DNA of 63,929 nt, filler included, from Octopus bimaculoides (GCF_001194135.2; 7 parts of 6 records of this genome joined end to end with filler, not necessarily neighbours in it); one strand, 5' to 3'; positions 23,323 to 37,018 are shown, counted from the whole stretch's first letter. Notes: generated from the sequence alone by a model not told the origin. A program made the numbers and translations.

Positions 23323-25629
23323 TTCGCGCTTTTAGTTGCTATTTGACGCCAGGTCAGTCTCAGCCTTGATCGTACACACCTTAAAGGCATTCTAGCCGTG
23401 ACCATCATGTGTTTGTTTTGGGTGGGGGGAAATATCTAGGACTACATTATTAAGTGTGTGTCCTTTGCTCTCTGCTTTTATTTTTTTTTAAGACATCGAA
23501 GTATAATTTGATGGAAATTTGGTTGGTATTTCTAGCATGGCAAGCAACTACTTCGAGGCTAGGCTCCCTTGTAAGTGATAACGTGAGACTGAGAGGCTAG
23601 ACTTGCTTCAGCTGAGCTGGTTTCTTTTTCTTCATCTCTTCGTTTCTAATTTACCCATCAATTCTACAAATTGTCGTTTCTATAAACAGTGCGTGTCGGA
23701 GAGCAATAAAACAGTTTGCCATTTCTCACCATGAACAAAGATCGGACCAGGAAATTAAATTAAATTAATTAACTAATATTTAACTAAAGCTCTGAAAAAA
23801 AAAAGAAAGAAAGCAAACGAAAACTAGATATCTAGAGAATATTGATCGCTACTCGCTAGTTCATACATGTCTTTGATCTTTCACGTCTGTATTTGTAACT
23901 AAATTGTGTTTTATATTACTGACGATCTAAGTTTTAAAACAATACTTCACTTAATAACAGATGTTCCCGTATGTAGATAGATAGATATATAAGGTGTTTG
24001 TGTGTGTGAGAGAGAGAGTTACTTAGGAGATCGTGTTGTCCATTTTGTAGAATATACTATACATATGTGTACATTGTTCGTTACCACCTGGCTAATATAT
24101 ATAGCATTTCGTTCGGTTTTCTACATCTCTTTTGATCTTCGCCCTAAAAGCCATAAGGTGGGCAATTAGTAAACTGTCCGAAATCGCTTCAAAACAACAA
24201 AGCGCCATGTTTTTTTAGTTATTATATATATATACATATATACATACATTGTCCCAGCTTTAGAAAGGAAAAGAACTTGTTTTAGTTTTGTTTTCGAATG
24301 TAAAGTCAAATACAATTCATAATGCTTATTTTTACTTTCATTTCATCCATTCATTCGAAACATATGTAAATGTTTTGGGTTTCTTTTTGTGTATAGATAA
24401 ACCTCCAGAAAATCTTCGTCTTGTTTATCGAAGCATTTATTTCTTTCCCCTTCGCCCATCATCATCAACCCTGCATCAATGAAGGAGCGTTTTATCGTGG
24501 TAGCCACCGCTCGATCTCTTTGAAATAACAGCTAAATTACCCTCAAATCACAATCATGCCGTCTGATAAAGTAAAGACTTGGGATAATAATGTAGTTCTG
24601 GTTACAGAGGATTATAAGAAGTAGTAGTAGAAGAAGAAGAAGAAGAAGAAAGGGTTGGTCACGGATAGAATGTCTGTGACCCCTAACTCTGTCTCGCTGG
24701 ATCAATGCGAACTGAACAATACCCTCCCCTCTCACCTTTTGTCTCTTTTAAAACTCGACGTCATTTCCTCGTAACCGAAAACTGTCCCCTCTTTTTTACT
24801 CATCCCCTCCTTCCCTTCCCATCTCTTTCTATCTCTCACTCTCTCTTTTCCATCTGTCTCCTGTCGGAGATCAAGGCCTGCCAACTGTACACGAACCGAC
24901 GGTGTTGGCGAGCTCAGAGACAATTCATCAGATGTGCGTCTTGTTATTATTGCTCGCCGCAACCTTCCTCCTTCCCTCTCTCACATGAAATCCTGTGTTG
25001 CTGTTAATGGTGACTTGTACAAATCGATATGTATGTATTTTTTTTTTTTGGGGGGACGTGCTGCTTCGTCTCCAGTGTGCCAGTGGTGACCTAGTCTATG
25101 TTAATTAGCCGCCACTCTGGCTGATGCTCGGCTGAGGACTTTTGCTATTTCAAGTCTACGAGCGCCATCACTGGCCCCTCGCTTTTTGATGTTGCGCTTT
25201 GCTTTTAATTATTTACGCACCACGACCTTTCTCCATCCATCCACCTATCTATCTATCTATCTATCTATCTTTTTGTCTGTCTCTCTCTCTATCTATTTGT
25301 CGATTTATCGACAAGATTATTAAGAGAATCTACTTCATGTGCAGTGTTATTTGTGCTTGTTGTTATTTCCATTCATCACTAGAGGGAGCGCACCACTGTT
25401 TGTGTTATAAAAGTAACAAACACTTGATGTTTACTTAACAAATGCTTTATGAGTCAAATTTCTTCAATGCAAAACGTTAGTGTGACTAAAGATATACTTT
25501 GTTTCGTCACTCCCATTTATTTAATAAGCGCGTGTGTGTGTGTGTGTATATGTATATATATATATTTACGACGGGCTTCTTTCAGTTTCTGTCTACCAAA
25601 TCCACTCACAAGTCTTTANNNNNNNNNNT

Positions 25630-26221
25630 GAATTTTTAGTCGAATGGATCGACCCCACTACTTATTCTATCGGTCTGTTTTACCGAACCGCTAAGTTACG
25701 GGGATGCAAACACGGACAGAAAGACACACGCACACAGATAGATAGATAGATAGATAGATATAGACACACACACACACACGTGTATGTATGTATATATATA
25801 TATTTACGACGGGCTTCTTTCAGTTTCTGTCTACCAAATCCACTCACAAGTCTTTATTCGGCAAGAGGTACAGTAGAAGACACCTTCCCAAGTGGGACTG
25901 AACCCAGAGCCATGGGGGTTGAACAGGAAACTTCTTACCACAAAACCACACTTAAGTGTATATATGTATGTGTGTGTCTTTTATCTTTTACTTCTTTTGG
26001 TCATTAGACTGCGGTCAAGCTGGAGCACCACCTTGAACGGCTTTAGTCGAACGATTTGACCCCAGTCCTTTCTTTTTATATACTTTCTTTCTCTCTCTCT
26101 CTCTCTCTCTTTTTATCTTGGTACTTATTCTATTGTTGCCTTTTGCCGAACCTCATATTATTACGTGAGCGTAAACAAGCTAACACCGGTTGTCAAACAG
26201 TGGTGAGCGCCAAACGTGCAT

Positions 26222-26264
<43 letters not shown>

Positions 26265-26365
26265 TACGACGGGCTTCTTTCAGTTTCTGTTTACTGTGCC
26301 TCACAGTTGGACTGAACCTAGAACCATGTGGTTTAAAATCACGTTTCTTACCACGCACCCATACC
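25630..26365 (-). mobile_element. Two adjacent minus-strand family A SINE copies (~25630-25950 and ~25985-26365)
   Basis: Reverse-complement matches to both head and tail of 35393-35798, each with an internal microsatellite. Confidence 0.8.
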
Positions 26366-27151
26366 CGTAATACGTACAACTTAGATGGCATCTTCTTAGT
26401 TTTGATAATGTAAATTTGTCATCTAATTTTTTCAGAAAATATCAGGAATTATATTTTTAAAATATAGCCACAAAAATGCTGTTTAGTTTCAGGTCAGTCC
26501 CTCCAACTTCACACATAATGTATCTTTATGTATGATGTGATCGAAAGGACATTTGCATGGGGGCTCTGACTTGGCTAGAATTTTTTTTTCAAGCTGAAGT
26601 GTTTGAAATTCTTTTCAAATATGAATGATGTATTTCCAGTTCCAACTTTTGTCTGAGATGGACTAACAAAATGAACGGAACAAGAACTGGTACTTGTTAA
26701 TCTATTTACTGGAAAGTTGACCTCATCTGGATTTGAACTTAAAACATGCAGCATAAACAATGTTGTGGCATTCATGTCTAGCACTTTTAACAATTATTCC
26801 AAACTTGTCAATAATTAAGAATATAAAATTATAAATTAATACAGCTTCTTTATTGTTGTTGTTGCAAGTTGTTGTTTATTGTTGTTGCAAGTCCAGTAGA
26901 GCAAAATAGAATTCAAACGGGTCCGTAGGCAAAAGTTAGTTGAGAAACACACTGATCTTATGTGTCTTTCCAGTTTTTAGGGTCATCTAAGAACTACATA
27001 ACCTAATGGAGGTGAGTAGGGACGATTTCAGGAAGATGTGGCTTCTATTTCTAACTAATTGAATAAACACATACACAAGCTTCTTTGTTCACTCCTAGTT
27101 CCCTTGTTTAATAAATAGTCAGACACTGATTGTCTCATTTCCTAGTATGCA

Positions 27152-27182
<31 letters not shown>

Positions 27183-27842
27183 TTTCTTTTTCTGATAGTT
27201 GACTTATTGAGGTTCCAACAATGGCTACTATAGAAGTTATTGTTAAATATCTGTGCATGTGTGTGCATGTCTGTCGAAGCTTGCCTTTTCTTATGAGCTG
27301 ACCTTCAAGCATTTAACCTAAACCCATCACTCACCCTCTAAGCAACAGATTGTCTTCTTGTTAAAGTAACACTGGTGTATACATTTTTATGTATTTATCT
27401 GCAATATTTTAATGCTAAAGAGGAAATACAATGCATCAAGTTAAAGCTAAAGATTATTTTGTTTTGCTTTTTTTTTTTTCTAAACTTTAGTGGTTTTGAA
27501 TTGGAGAAAAAATATTTCTAGAGTTTCAAAGATTTAAACTCAGTTCTTAGAGAATGTAACTTGCAACCAATTTATGTAGAATTTCACCAAGTTATTTGTC
27601 TTCTCTCTCTCTTTGTGTGTGTGTGTCTTTGTGTCTGTTGGTTCCCCACCACTGCTTGACAAACAATGTCGGTGTGTTTACATCCCTGTAACTTAGCAGT
27701 TCAGCAAAAGGAACTGACAGAAGTAAGTACAAGGCTTTAAAAAAAGAATACCGAGATCGATTCATTTGACTAAAAATTATTCAAGATGGTGTCCCAGCAT
27801 GGCCACAGTCTAATGCCTGAAACAAGTAAAAGATTAAAGATC

Positions 27843-27924
<82 letters not shown>

Positions 27925-28704
27925 CATACATACACATATATACATTTCAATATCAATATAAAAAAAAGTTGTAATTATCGTTTTTAAAACCAGTTTAGCT
28001 CTGATCAAAATAGGCCCTAAAATTCAAAAGCTATTTCAAACATCGTCATCTCATGTCTTTCATACACACTTACATCTAGAACTACATATTATACAACGTG
28101 TCCTTTCCTTTATATACAAAACACAAGGGTTGTGATTTTTGAGAGATTTAACCTTTTCTTTCTAGCAGATCAAGCGAACGTTTATAGAGGCAACTCTTGT
28201 TGACTCAGGCTACAAGCGATAAAGGCAGCCGGCGAGTGTTGTGCATAGAAATATATAATAGCAACTGACATAATGTAAGATCGGTGGTTAAGCTCTTGTT
28301 TAAAAGCTTTCATCAAGCTCCCTTTCCTTCAGGTGTGTAACAGGTTGCTGTGGGACAACACTATGTCTTGCCTCTCAACTCTTTGTCGTTGCTGATGATA
28401 TCATATCTTTACAGCAAGCGGATAATCAGTTATAGATTTTTCAGTGTGCTTCTTTTTGAACAGATTTCATGTTATTAAACTGTGATATTTCAAATTTAGA
28501 TTTCGTAGGAGTAAATTTTTTTCATCAAAATATTTTCTTGAGAAGGATGTAAGAAGATTCCAGTTTTAATAATTTTGTTTAACTAACTACTCTTTTTACT
28601 TACTGTTAGGTTTATATTTGAGGTGATAACTGTAATCTATAATTTGTAGGCGATTTGAATTATTAGTTAACCGGTTGCTAGGATATGTCCTTATTTTATT
28701 CAAT

Positions 28705-29065
28705 ATCTATTTTTCTGTCGTCTGCCGAGTTCAAATTTCGCTGAGGTCGACTTTGCCTTTCATCCTTTCGGGGTCAATTAAATAAGCACCAGTTGCATAC
28801 TAGAGGTCGATCTAATCGGCTTAATCCCTTTGTCTATCCTTGTTTGTCCCCTCTATGTTTAGCTCCCTGTGGGCAATAAAGAAATAAATATTTCTATTTC
28901 TGTCGTCTGTCATTACGTTCTGAGTTCAAATTTCGCCGAGGTCGACTTTGCATTTCATCCTTTCGGGGTCGATTAAATAAGTACCAGTTGCATACTGGAG
29001 TCGATCTAATCGACTGGCTCCCTTCCCAAAAAATTTGGGCCTTATGACTAGAGTAGAAAAGAATA
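28705..29065 (+). mobile_element. Tandem pair of family B SINEs (5'-truncated)
   Basis: GAGTTCAAATTTCGC(T/C)GAGGTCGACTTTGC(C/A)TTTCATCCTTTCGGGGTC occurs at ~28727 and ~28922. Confidence 0.85.
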
Positions 29066-29446
29066 TTTATATTTGTGTGTGTTGATTTTGTTCTGAGAAA
29101 GACACATGCACACACTTACGCACATGTTGAGTTATAAGTAATTTTGAAATTTGATAATGTTACTTGAAGGTGTTAGCACGGTTGTGAAGTTAGGTTTGAT
29201 TCCCAATCAAATGGTTTTGGTTTCAGTCCCACTTCACATTACCTTGGGCAAGTGTTTTCTATCATAACTCCGAAACCAACCAAAACATATATATATATAT
29301 GTACACATACACACACACGCACTGTGGTCAGGGTGCCAAACCCTGGTAAAAAAAAAGTTTACATATAGAGCAAATAGCAGTAACTATATTGGCTGGTGGA
29401 ACCCTCCAAATTCTCTTGGTAGATTTCTGTGATATCTATGACCCTA

Positions 29447-29990
29447 AGAAAATACCATGGGACAGGATATGATGTGGCACTCTAAATTACCACTGACTGT
29501 TGGGACTTGATGCTGGACTTCAAACAGCTGAAATTCTGTGCCTTTCCAGCTCTCCTTCAAACTCTGCAACCTTGGTTTCCAAATGAGATACAAAACTGCC
29601 TCTCATCAGAAAACAACACCTGGGACCATTGCTCAACACTTCACTGTCGCTTCTCCCTGGCCCAAGTCAACCACTTGTGACACCGCTTGTCACAAGTGAT
29701 TAAGAAGAGTACAAGAGCTGGGTACTCAGTTGTCGTACTCCATTTCTCGATGCTGTCTGGGTATGTTGTAGCCCTTCGTTCACTAACTCTTGCCTCTTCT
29801 CCCTTTATAAAGATCTCTCCCACTTTATCAAACCTGCTCCTTTGCAGAGTTTTCTCCTAAGTCACGCTTGTCATTCTTGCTGGGATACATCTTTCTACTA
29901 TATCTGGCTTGTTGAGGCAATATTCAAAGAGAGATGCATTAACAAGGAACCTTTGAGAACAGCCAGGTTTTTCAGTGATAATCTCTGTTT
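29447..29990 (-). mobile_element. Tc1-like transposase relic (N-terminal half)
   Basis: Peptide KWLTWAREKRQ*SVEQWSQVLFSDERQFCISFGNQGCRV*RRAGKAQNFSCLKSSIK contains the first catalytic Asp (FSDE). GCSQ and RATT motifs lie upstream. Confidence 0.85.
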
Positions 29991-30094
29991 TTCATTCTTT
30001 GTTGAGCTTGTCAGTAATGGTCTTATAGACACCTGCTAAATCGCATTCCTTGCCCATGATTGCAACACTATCATTTACTATGAAATAAACATGC

Positions 30095-30140
<46 letters not shown>

Positions 30141-30529
30141 NNNNNNNNNNNNNNNNNNNNNNNNNNNNNNNNNNNNNNNNNNNNNNNNNNNNNNNNNNNN
30201 NNNNNNNNNNNNNNNNNNNNNNNNNNNNNNNNNNNNNNNNNNNNNNNNNNNNNNNNNNNNNNNNNNNNNNNNNNNNNNNNNNNNNNNNNNNNNNNNNNNN
30301 NNNNNNNNNNNNNNNNNNNNNNNNNNNNNNNNNNNNNNNNNNNNNNNNNNNNNNNNNNNNNNNNNNNNNNNNNNNNNNNNNNNNNNNNNNNNNNNNNNNN
30401 NNNNNNNNNNNNNNNNNNNNNNNNNNNNNNNNNNNNNNNNNNNNNNNNNNNNNNNNNNNNNNNNNNNNNNNNNNNNNNNNNNNNNNNNNNNNNNNNNNNN
30501 NNNNNNNNNNNNNNNNNNNNNNNNNNNNN

Positions 30530-30564
<35 letters not shown>

Positions 30565-31734
30565 CACATGCATGCATACATGCATACACACAACATATAT
30601 ATTTATACACATATATAAATTATGTTACAGTATTGGCTGAAGTAGAATAATTCAAATGTGCTCAGACAATATTAATGTAATATTTTTGTGATAAGCAGAA
30701 CTCACATATTTGTCTGTACTCTTGCACTTGTTAGTCTACAGTAATAATAATCATTCTAGAAATTAGTGAGATTGTTCACAGACTGAAATGAAGCTCTACT
30801 GTCACAGCTATTGTTGTATAAGAATTATAACATTTTTTGGCTATTTTTATTTATTTTTTTTTTACTCATAATATTCTAATTTTCTGAGACGCACTTGTAG
30901 AAAGATCTTAAATCATGTGATTTTTTTGATTTTTTTTCCTTTTAAGAAAATTCACTTAGAGGCATTTTAAAAAACAAAAACAAAAAAATATTTACTTTTT
31001 ATTGAAAAGCTTCCTAAGTAAAATTAAATCGATAATATTTAGTCTTTGGGGATATTGCTTATATTTTGCAAGCACACCTACCAAATACTCACCGTTGACT
31101 CTCTAACATCATATTTATAATTTGTTTGCATCTGTTCTTAGTTACAAAAAAAAATAAACAAACATATTCTTTATGAAAATCTAGAATAGTTCTTTCTCAA
31201 AAAATTTAATTTGAAATTCGTTTTAACTTGCTTCTTAATTAGTTTTATAATTACTTTGTTGTTAGTGGGAGCATTTATTTTTAAATTTTGTGAAATAGTC
31301 TTTTCAAATTGTATATCTTCTATTCTATAGTGCATTTTGGTTTTGAGTCTTGTGGGAGAAGTTAAGTTGATTACACCAACCCCAGGGCTCATCATCATCA
31401 TCATACAGTGTTTTAAATCCAGGTTTTGTCCCCATTAACGGGGGTAGCCAGATCTACCTCAATATCATAGCAACCAAAGTAGGCAGGTGCAGCCCACCCC
31501 AACCTTTGGGCTGGCCAGTGCCCATTCTCCTTTGCTATCATGAGGCTTTTTTGGAGTTGGATTTTCTATGGGGAGCATGCCCTTGCTTACCCCCAACCTC
31601 AGTTTCTAGACATGAGTGGTCCCAAGACCAAGGCCTCTACCATGATTTTTAAGAAATGTAGTGGAAAACTAGCTCAGGAAGGCAGGGATGCTTCTCCCTA
31701 AGACCCCTTTTGGAGCCCCCCTTACCTAACTCAA

Positions 31735-31878
31735 CAGGTACTTATTTTATTGACCCTGAAAGGATGAAAGGCAAAGTTGACCTTGGCAGAACTTGAACTC
31801 AGAACATAACAATGATCAAAATGCTTAGTGTTATTTTGTCTGGTGTGTGCTAATGGTTCTGCCAATTCACTGCCTTTA
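31735..31878 (-). mobile_element. SINE family B
   Basis: GTACTTATTTTATTGACCCTGAAAGGATGAAAGGCAAAGTTGACC...GGTTCTGCCAATTCACTGCC is the reverse complement of the family head and body. Confidence 0.8.
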
Positions 31879-32128
31879 TTCTCAAATACATATTGAAATA
31901 ATCGAATGCAGTCTAGACCCTTGGTTTATCTATCCAAAACTTACAGTCAGCTTTTACTCATTTTCCATTTTAGCTGGCATAGCTCTAAATGCGATTGAGA
32001 GGTTTGCCTTGTATGCATATGGTTTTTGGTTTAGGTTCAATCCCATTGAATGGCACCCTGGGCATTTGTCATCTATTGTAGCTTTTGAATTGTGGATAGA
32101 ATTTGACAAGTAGGTGTATGGAAAAGCT

Positions 32129-32182
<54 letters not shown>

Positions 32183-32246
32183 GTGTGTGTGTGTGTGTTT
32201 GTGTATATTCCTGTGAGAAAAAATATAAATATATAAATCCTTCATA

Positions 32247-32675
32247 GACAAAGGTGTGGTTGCATGGTAAGAAGTTTGTTTCCCAACCATATGGTTTCAA
32301 GTTCAGTGCTACTGAATGGCCTTGGGCAAGTATCCTCTACTACAGCCCTAGCTTGGCCAAAGCCTTGCGAGTGGATATGGTGGATGGAAACTGAAAGAAT
32401 CCTATTCATATGTGTGGGTGTGGGTGTGTGTTACTGTCTCTTTGCCTTGACATCATGTGATAGTTGTGAAGTAGTGTCACCACCATACAAGCAGTGTCCT
32501 TCTTTTCCACTCTTCTGTGAAAACATGCCGCTTCATTGGAAATATTACCTTATTTGGAAATAGGTGGGGGTTTGGCAACAGGAAGGGCATCTCTCTGAAG
32601 AAAATCTGCCTCGACTAATACCATCTGGCCCATGCAAGCATGGGAAAGTGGACATATGATGGTGGTGGTGGTGAT
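32247..32675 (+). mobile_element. SINE with a family A head and a different, LINE-like 3' tail ending in (GGT/GAT)n
   Basis: Head matches family A to ~32410. After the microsatellite the tail (CAGGAAGGGCATC...CCATGCAAGCATGGGAAAGTGGAC) differs from the family A tail. Confidence 0.7.
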
Positions 32676-33422
32676 GAAGATGAGTTGCATCCCTTCACAT
32701 TATGAGGTAAACTAAGCAATTCAATAAATAGATATTGATTGATAAAAAAATCCCCCAAAAGTTACCAGACAGAACTAGGTTACATGATCGATATGATTGT
32801 CTAAAACCCTTGAATGCAGTACCACTTATACTTGTGACGACATTTACCTGGTTTGGATTGAGCCAGCTCCAGCCTTAGAGCTCACCATGTCCCTTACAAC
32901 TGCTGACCACACTCAACTGTAAATGCTGTAAAGGATACTCACTTCTGGTTCCACTGCTGAAGACCATAAACACAGGTGCCTGATTGTGCTTCCATGACCA
33001 CCTTTACCATCACCAGCCACATCTTCAAATGTCCTCCATTTCATTTGTAAGTAGGGCTGTTGCATGGCTGCAGTCCAATGACTGTCACCAGTAAAAGAAT
33101 AAAAATGATAACAGAATCTGAGAACTGAGGCTTAAAGAATGATGCCGGGTACCAATGGCAGATCTCATGTTTTCACTTCCTCACAAGAACTCTGCTGTAA
33201 TTTATGGTAAAGGTAATTCTTTGAGATTCACTTTACATGAGTATAAATAAGATTCTTCATACCAATCACTATCAACAATTATCAGAGCTGTTTAATTAAC
33301 AAATGTTTCGTTAGTTTGTAGTCTTAAATTCAATTTCCACTACAAAACTAAAGAAAACATTGAAAATCTTTTTTCAAATATCTCTTCTCTTGAATCTTTG
33401 TATGAAGCCAAAACAGTTCCAT

Positions 33423-33591
33423 ATTTAAGAGATTAGGAATTATGTACATTATTTACATTATTTACATTTGATGGATATTTGTCCTCATCTTGTTTGTTGT
33501 TAACACGTTTCGGCTTATATACCCTCCGACCTTCATCAGGTGTCTTGGGGAAATTTCGAACTTGAGTTCTCTTTCCTATGGTATTTTTCTA

Positions 33592-33626
<35 letters not shown>

Positions 33627-33709
33627 AATCGAACTTGGAATCTTGGGGTTATTAGCCTGCGCTCTTAACCACTACGCCATATGCCCATGGGCATATGGCA
33701 TGTAAATAA
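33423..33709 (-). mobile_element. tRNA-headed SINE carrying a hammerhead motif, copy 1
   Basis: Minus strand order: A box TGGCGTAGTGG, B box GTTCGATTCC, (TAA)n, hammerhead motif, (TGTAAATAA)n tail. Colinear with 51665-52066. Confidence 0.8.
33502..33544 (-). ncRNA. Minimal type I hammerhead ribozyme motif, decayed
   Basis: Minus strand GACAC-CTGATGA-AGG..CC-GAAAC-GTGTT. It has a 3-nt deletion at the cleavage site and a weakened stem II relative to the 51722 copy. Confidence 0.55.
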
Positions 33710-34450
33710 GTAGTCAGTAGTTTGAAGGTAGTATATTTGATTTATGTAATATAGTGGTGGTGATTGTGGTGGTAGTGTTGGGTTTTTTGTTTGTTTTTTT
33801 TTTTGTGGTGGTTTTTGCAATGTTCTTTTGCATACTCTGTATGTAAATGTGAATATTCGAAAGATTTGTAGGTTAAGATGAAAGGAACAAACATCAAATC
33901 TCATTGCAGTGAGCCGTGTGAATTTCAAAAAAAAAAAAAATAGTCAACGCTCTGCAAACTGACATGCTAGCCCCTGTGTAGCTGGTCGACTTGCTAGAAA
34001 TAGCAACCAAATCTCCTTCACATCAAATCCCCGACCCATCTCAAACAAGGCACATTGGAGAATTTGTAATCCTAGACAGATGAGCTGGTCATGGTTGTGA
34101 TGCTTTCTTTGATATGTTTGATCTATCAGCATGTTGACCATGCCCTAAACAACAACATAACATAACATTCTAACTAACTGTAATGATATAAGCTTGTCAC
34201 TGTAGGTTGTACAGACAATTTTAACAGTGGTGCTTGTTTTGTTAGGATAAGGTGTTCAGTCTTTGTGATTTTATGAGGTCTGTAGCCAGCTTCCTTTCTT
34301 GTTTATAAATATATATATGTGTGTGTGTGTGTGTGTGTATAAAAAGACACAGAAGTCTGGTGCTGTCTTCTGCCTGGCCAGCCCCTGTCAAATCGTCCAC
34401 CCTATGCCAGCATGAAAGGAGGCCATTAAACAATGACGATGATGATGATG

Positions 34451-34554
<104 letters not shown>

Positions 34555-35392
34555 TACATATATATAAAGAGAGAGTGAGTGAGAGAAAGAAAGAGAGGAC
34601 TACATTGTGCAATGTGTTTGTCCACTTTTGGTATTGTACGTATGAGTGTGTGATTTGAGAAAGATTTGGCTGCTACTTCTAGCAGGACATGTGACCCACC
34701 ATATAGAAGCTGTCTTATTGATGAATTACATGGAGACAGTATCTTTAGAGATGTCCTAACAATCATTGTTGCCAACATTTATACAAGTACTTTTATTTAT
34801 ATTTTTATATATTTTTTTTTTTACCTGAGTATAGCCATTTCATTTATTATACCACCAGCTCAGGTGATACTTCACCTTTAGCTAGCAGTTCAGAAGGCAA
34901 TAGGCAATTTGACTGATCAATAAGCTTTTTCTCAGTGACAGATTGCAATTTTTGACTCATCAATGGCTTGTCCTCCTCTATTTTTGCTGCTTCTACTGCA
35001 GTAGTAGATTTGATTCTTTCCAACTTGCTGGCTACATCTATGGCACTTAATGTAAACGTCCATTCTTACCCCCCGCATCATCACCAAGACACATCAATCT
35101 ACTCCAATAACATTAAACAGAATATGAACATACAAGTTGTTTTTTTTTTGTTTGTTTGTTTTGCTGCATGATTATATTCTAGTGTTGACTGTATGAGGAG
35201 AAATTTTATCTATCACTGCACTCAAAAATGTGTGAGTGTGATTGATTGATTAATTGATTGATTGATTGTATTATGGATTGGACATGTCTACTTTGTTGTT
35301 TTTTAGCCATCAGGTCAATACTGGCTGAGTTGACCTAGGATTCAAGGTGTTCTAGTCCTAACCATTTCCTCATTTAAAAAAAAAATTTTCTA

Positions 35393-35798
35393 GGCGTAGG
35401 AGTGGCTGCGTGGTAAGTTGCTTGCTTACCAACCACATGGTTCCGGGTTCAGTCCCACTGCATGGCACCTTGGGCAAGTGTCTTCTACTATAGCCTCGGG
35501 CCAACCAAAGCCTTGTGAGTGGATTTGGTAGATGGAAATTGAAAGAAGCCCGTCGTATATATGTGTATATGTGTGTGTGTATATGTTTGTGTGTCTGTCC
35601 TTGTCCCCCCCAACATCGCTTGACAACCGATGCTGGTGTGTTTACGCCTCTGTAACTTAGCGGTTTGGCAAAAAAGACCCATAGAATAAGTACTAGGCTT
35701 ACAAAGAATAAGTCCTGGGGTCCATTTGCTCGACTAAAGGCGGTGCTCCAGCATGGCCGCAGTCAAATGACTGAAACAAGTAAAAGAGTAAAAGAGTA
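35393..35798 (+). mobile_element. tRNA-derived SINE, family A, full length
   Basis: Head GGCGTAGGAGTGGCTGCGTGGTAAG with B box GGGTTCAGTCC, internal (TG/TA)n and a (TAAAAGAG)n tail. About 12 related copies or fragments occur in the window. Confidence 0.9.
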
Positions 35799-35997
35799 TT
35801 TCATTTTTAGTCCTTAACCTGCTTGAGACCATCCCTGGTACTACAACACAAACTTCCTGTTTATGAATGGTTAAAATTAAAACCTTTTAAAATTTCATGT
35901 TAATTTATACTCCAAACATGACTTTAATTACAACAAGGCTGTTTTATTAAATTATTCATTATCTTCAAAATATTTTAACACAAAGAAGTGTTTTTAA

Positions 35998-36212
35998 CCC
36001 TTTAGCATTTAAACTGGCCACATCCGGCCTAAATATTTTGCCACTTTTAAGTTCAAACTGGTCAGCTCCAGCATTTTACACTTGCCCTGCAATATCATTC
36101 TAAAAAGACACAATCACAAAATGTTGGAGCCACGAGATAGTGCATGATTGATAAAAAGACAATGTGAATCTATAAACATAACACTTAGCAGAGTAATCTG
36201 AATACTAAAGGG
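35998..36212. mobile_element. piggyBac-type MITE (215 bp)
   Basis: TTAA|CCCTTTAGCATT...AATACTAAAGGG|TTCA. The right ~60 bp is the reverse complement of the piggyBac terminus at 259-318. Confidence 0.8.
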
Positions 36213-36850
36213 TTCAATAAAAAAAATGATAACAAAAGGGTTATGACAGCAGGGTATGATTTCTGGTGACCACAGAGAGGTTCCTTTCTTGGCTCTGGAC
36301 ATGTCTTTATTCAGGTGTTAGGTAGTGGCTGCAGTAGAAAGGTCGGAGCATCTTGGCTACAGGTCTATGTTTAAATGTTAGTGCTGTGTTAGGAAGGAGG
36401 GACTGTCTCGAGGACCAACCACCTGGTGGGGATATATTTGTTTTAGTTGGTAGAGCTGTCCTGAATGGGAGAGATGGCCCCTGGTCCCAACCATTTCCTC
36501 AGATTGTGAGGAAAGTACATACTGTTAACAAGCTGACTCATCCAAAGAGTGTAATGAGATTTGTGCAGAGACACAGTGCAGTAGATTTTAGCAGATTTTG
36601 AATCATATACAAAGTACGTGCATTTATATGATTCTGTACATAGATGTACATTCACTTTCATACTTAAATGAATGCATGTTTATTTGTTTGTATACTAACA
36701 TACATACATATGCATACATGAACATGTTCTCTCTCTCCCTCCCTCCCCCCACTCTCTCTCTCAGATACACACACATATTCACACACATACAGATATGCTC
36801 ATATATACTTATATACATTGATGGATAGGTGGATGGATGGACAGACGGAC

Positions 36851-37018
36851 TGATGGACGTCTTTCAGTTTCAGTCTACCAAATCCACTCATAAGGCTTTG
36901 GTTGGCCCACAGCACCTCGGACAAGAAAATACTTGCTCAAGGTACCATACAGTGTGACTGAACCCTGAACCATGTGATTGGAAAGCAAGCTTCTTAACCA
37001 CACAGCCACAGCTACACC
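36851..37018 (-). mobile_element. SINE family A, 5' half
   Basis: Reverse-complement match to the head of 35393-35570. Confidence 0.8.

Noticed and set aside
25560-25618. Exact ~60-bp duplicate of 25798-25856 (SINE segment)
   Set aside because: The identical copy ends at a 10-N gap, which is typical of a contig-overlap assembly artefact.
28334-28435. Acceptor-like TTTCCTTCAG|GTGTGTAACAG as possible exon 2 of the E93/LCORL-like gene
   Set aside because: Phase-1 continuation gives an immediate stop (first AG) or GCCGTTLCLASQL..* (second AG), with no similarity to the expected G-L/F-E motif and no good donor.
34850-35065. 72-codon stop-free minus-strand frame (EWTFTLSAIDVASKLERIK...)
   Set aside because: It has no early Met, no upstream acceptor and no recognisable homology, and the length is attainable by chance.
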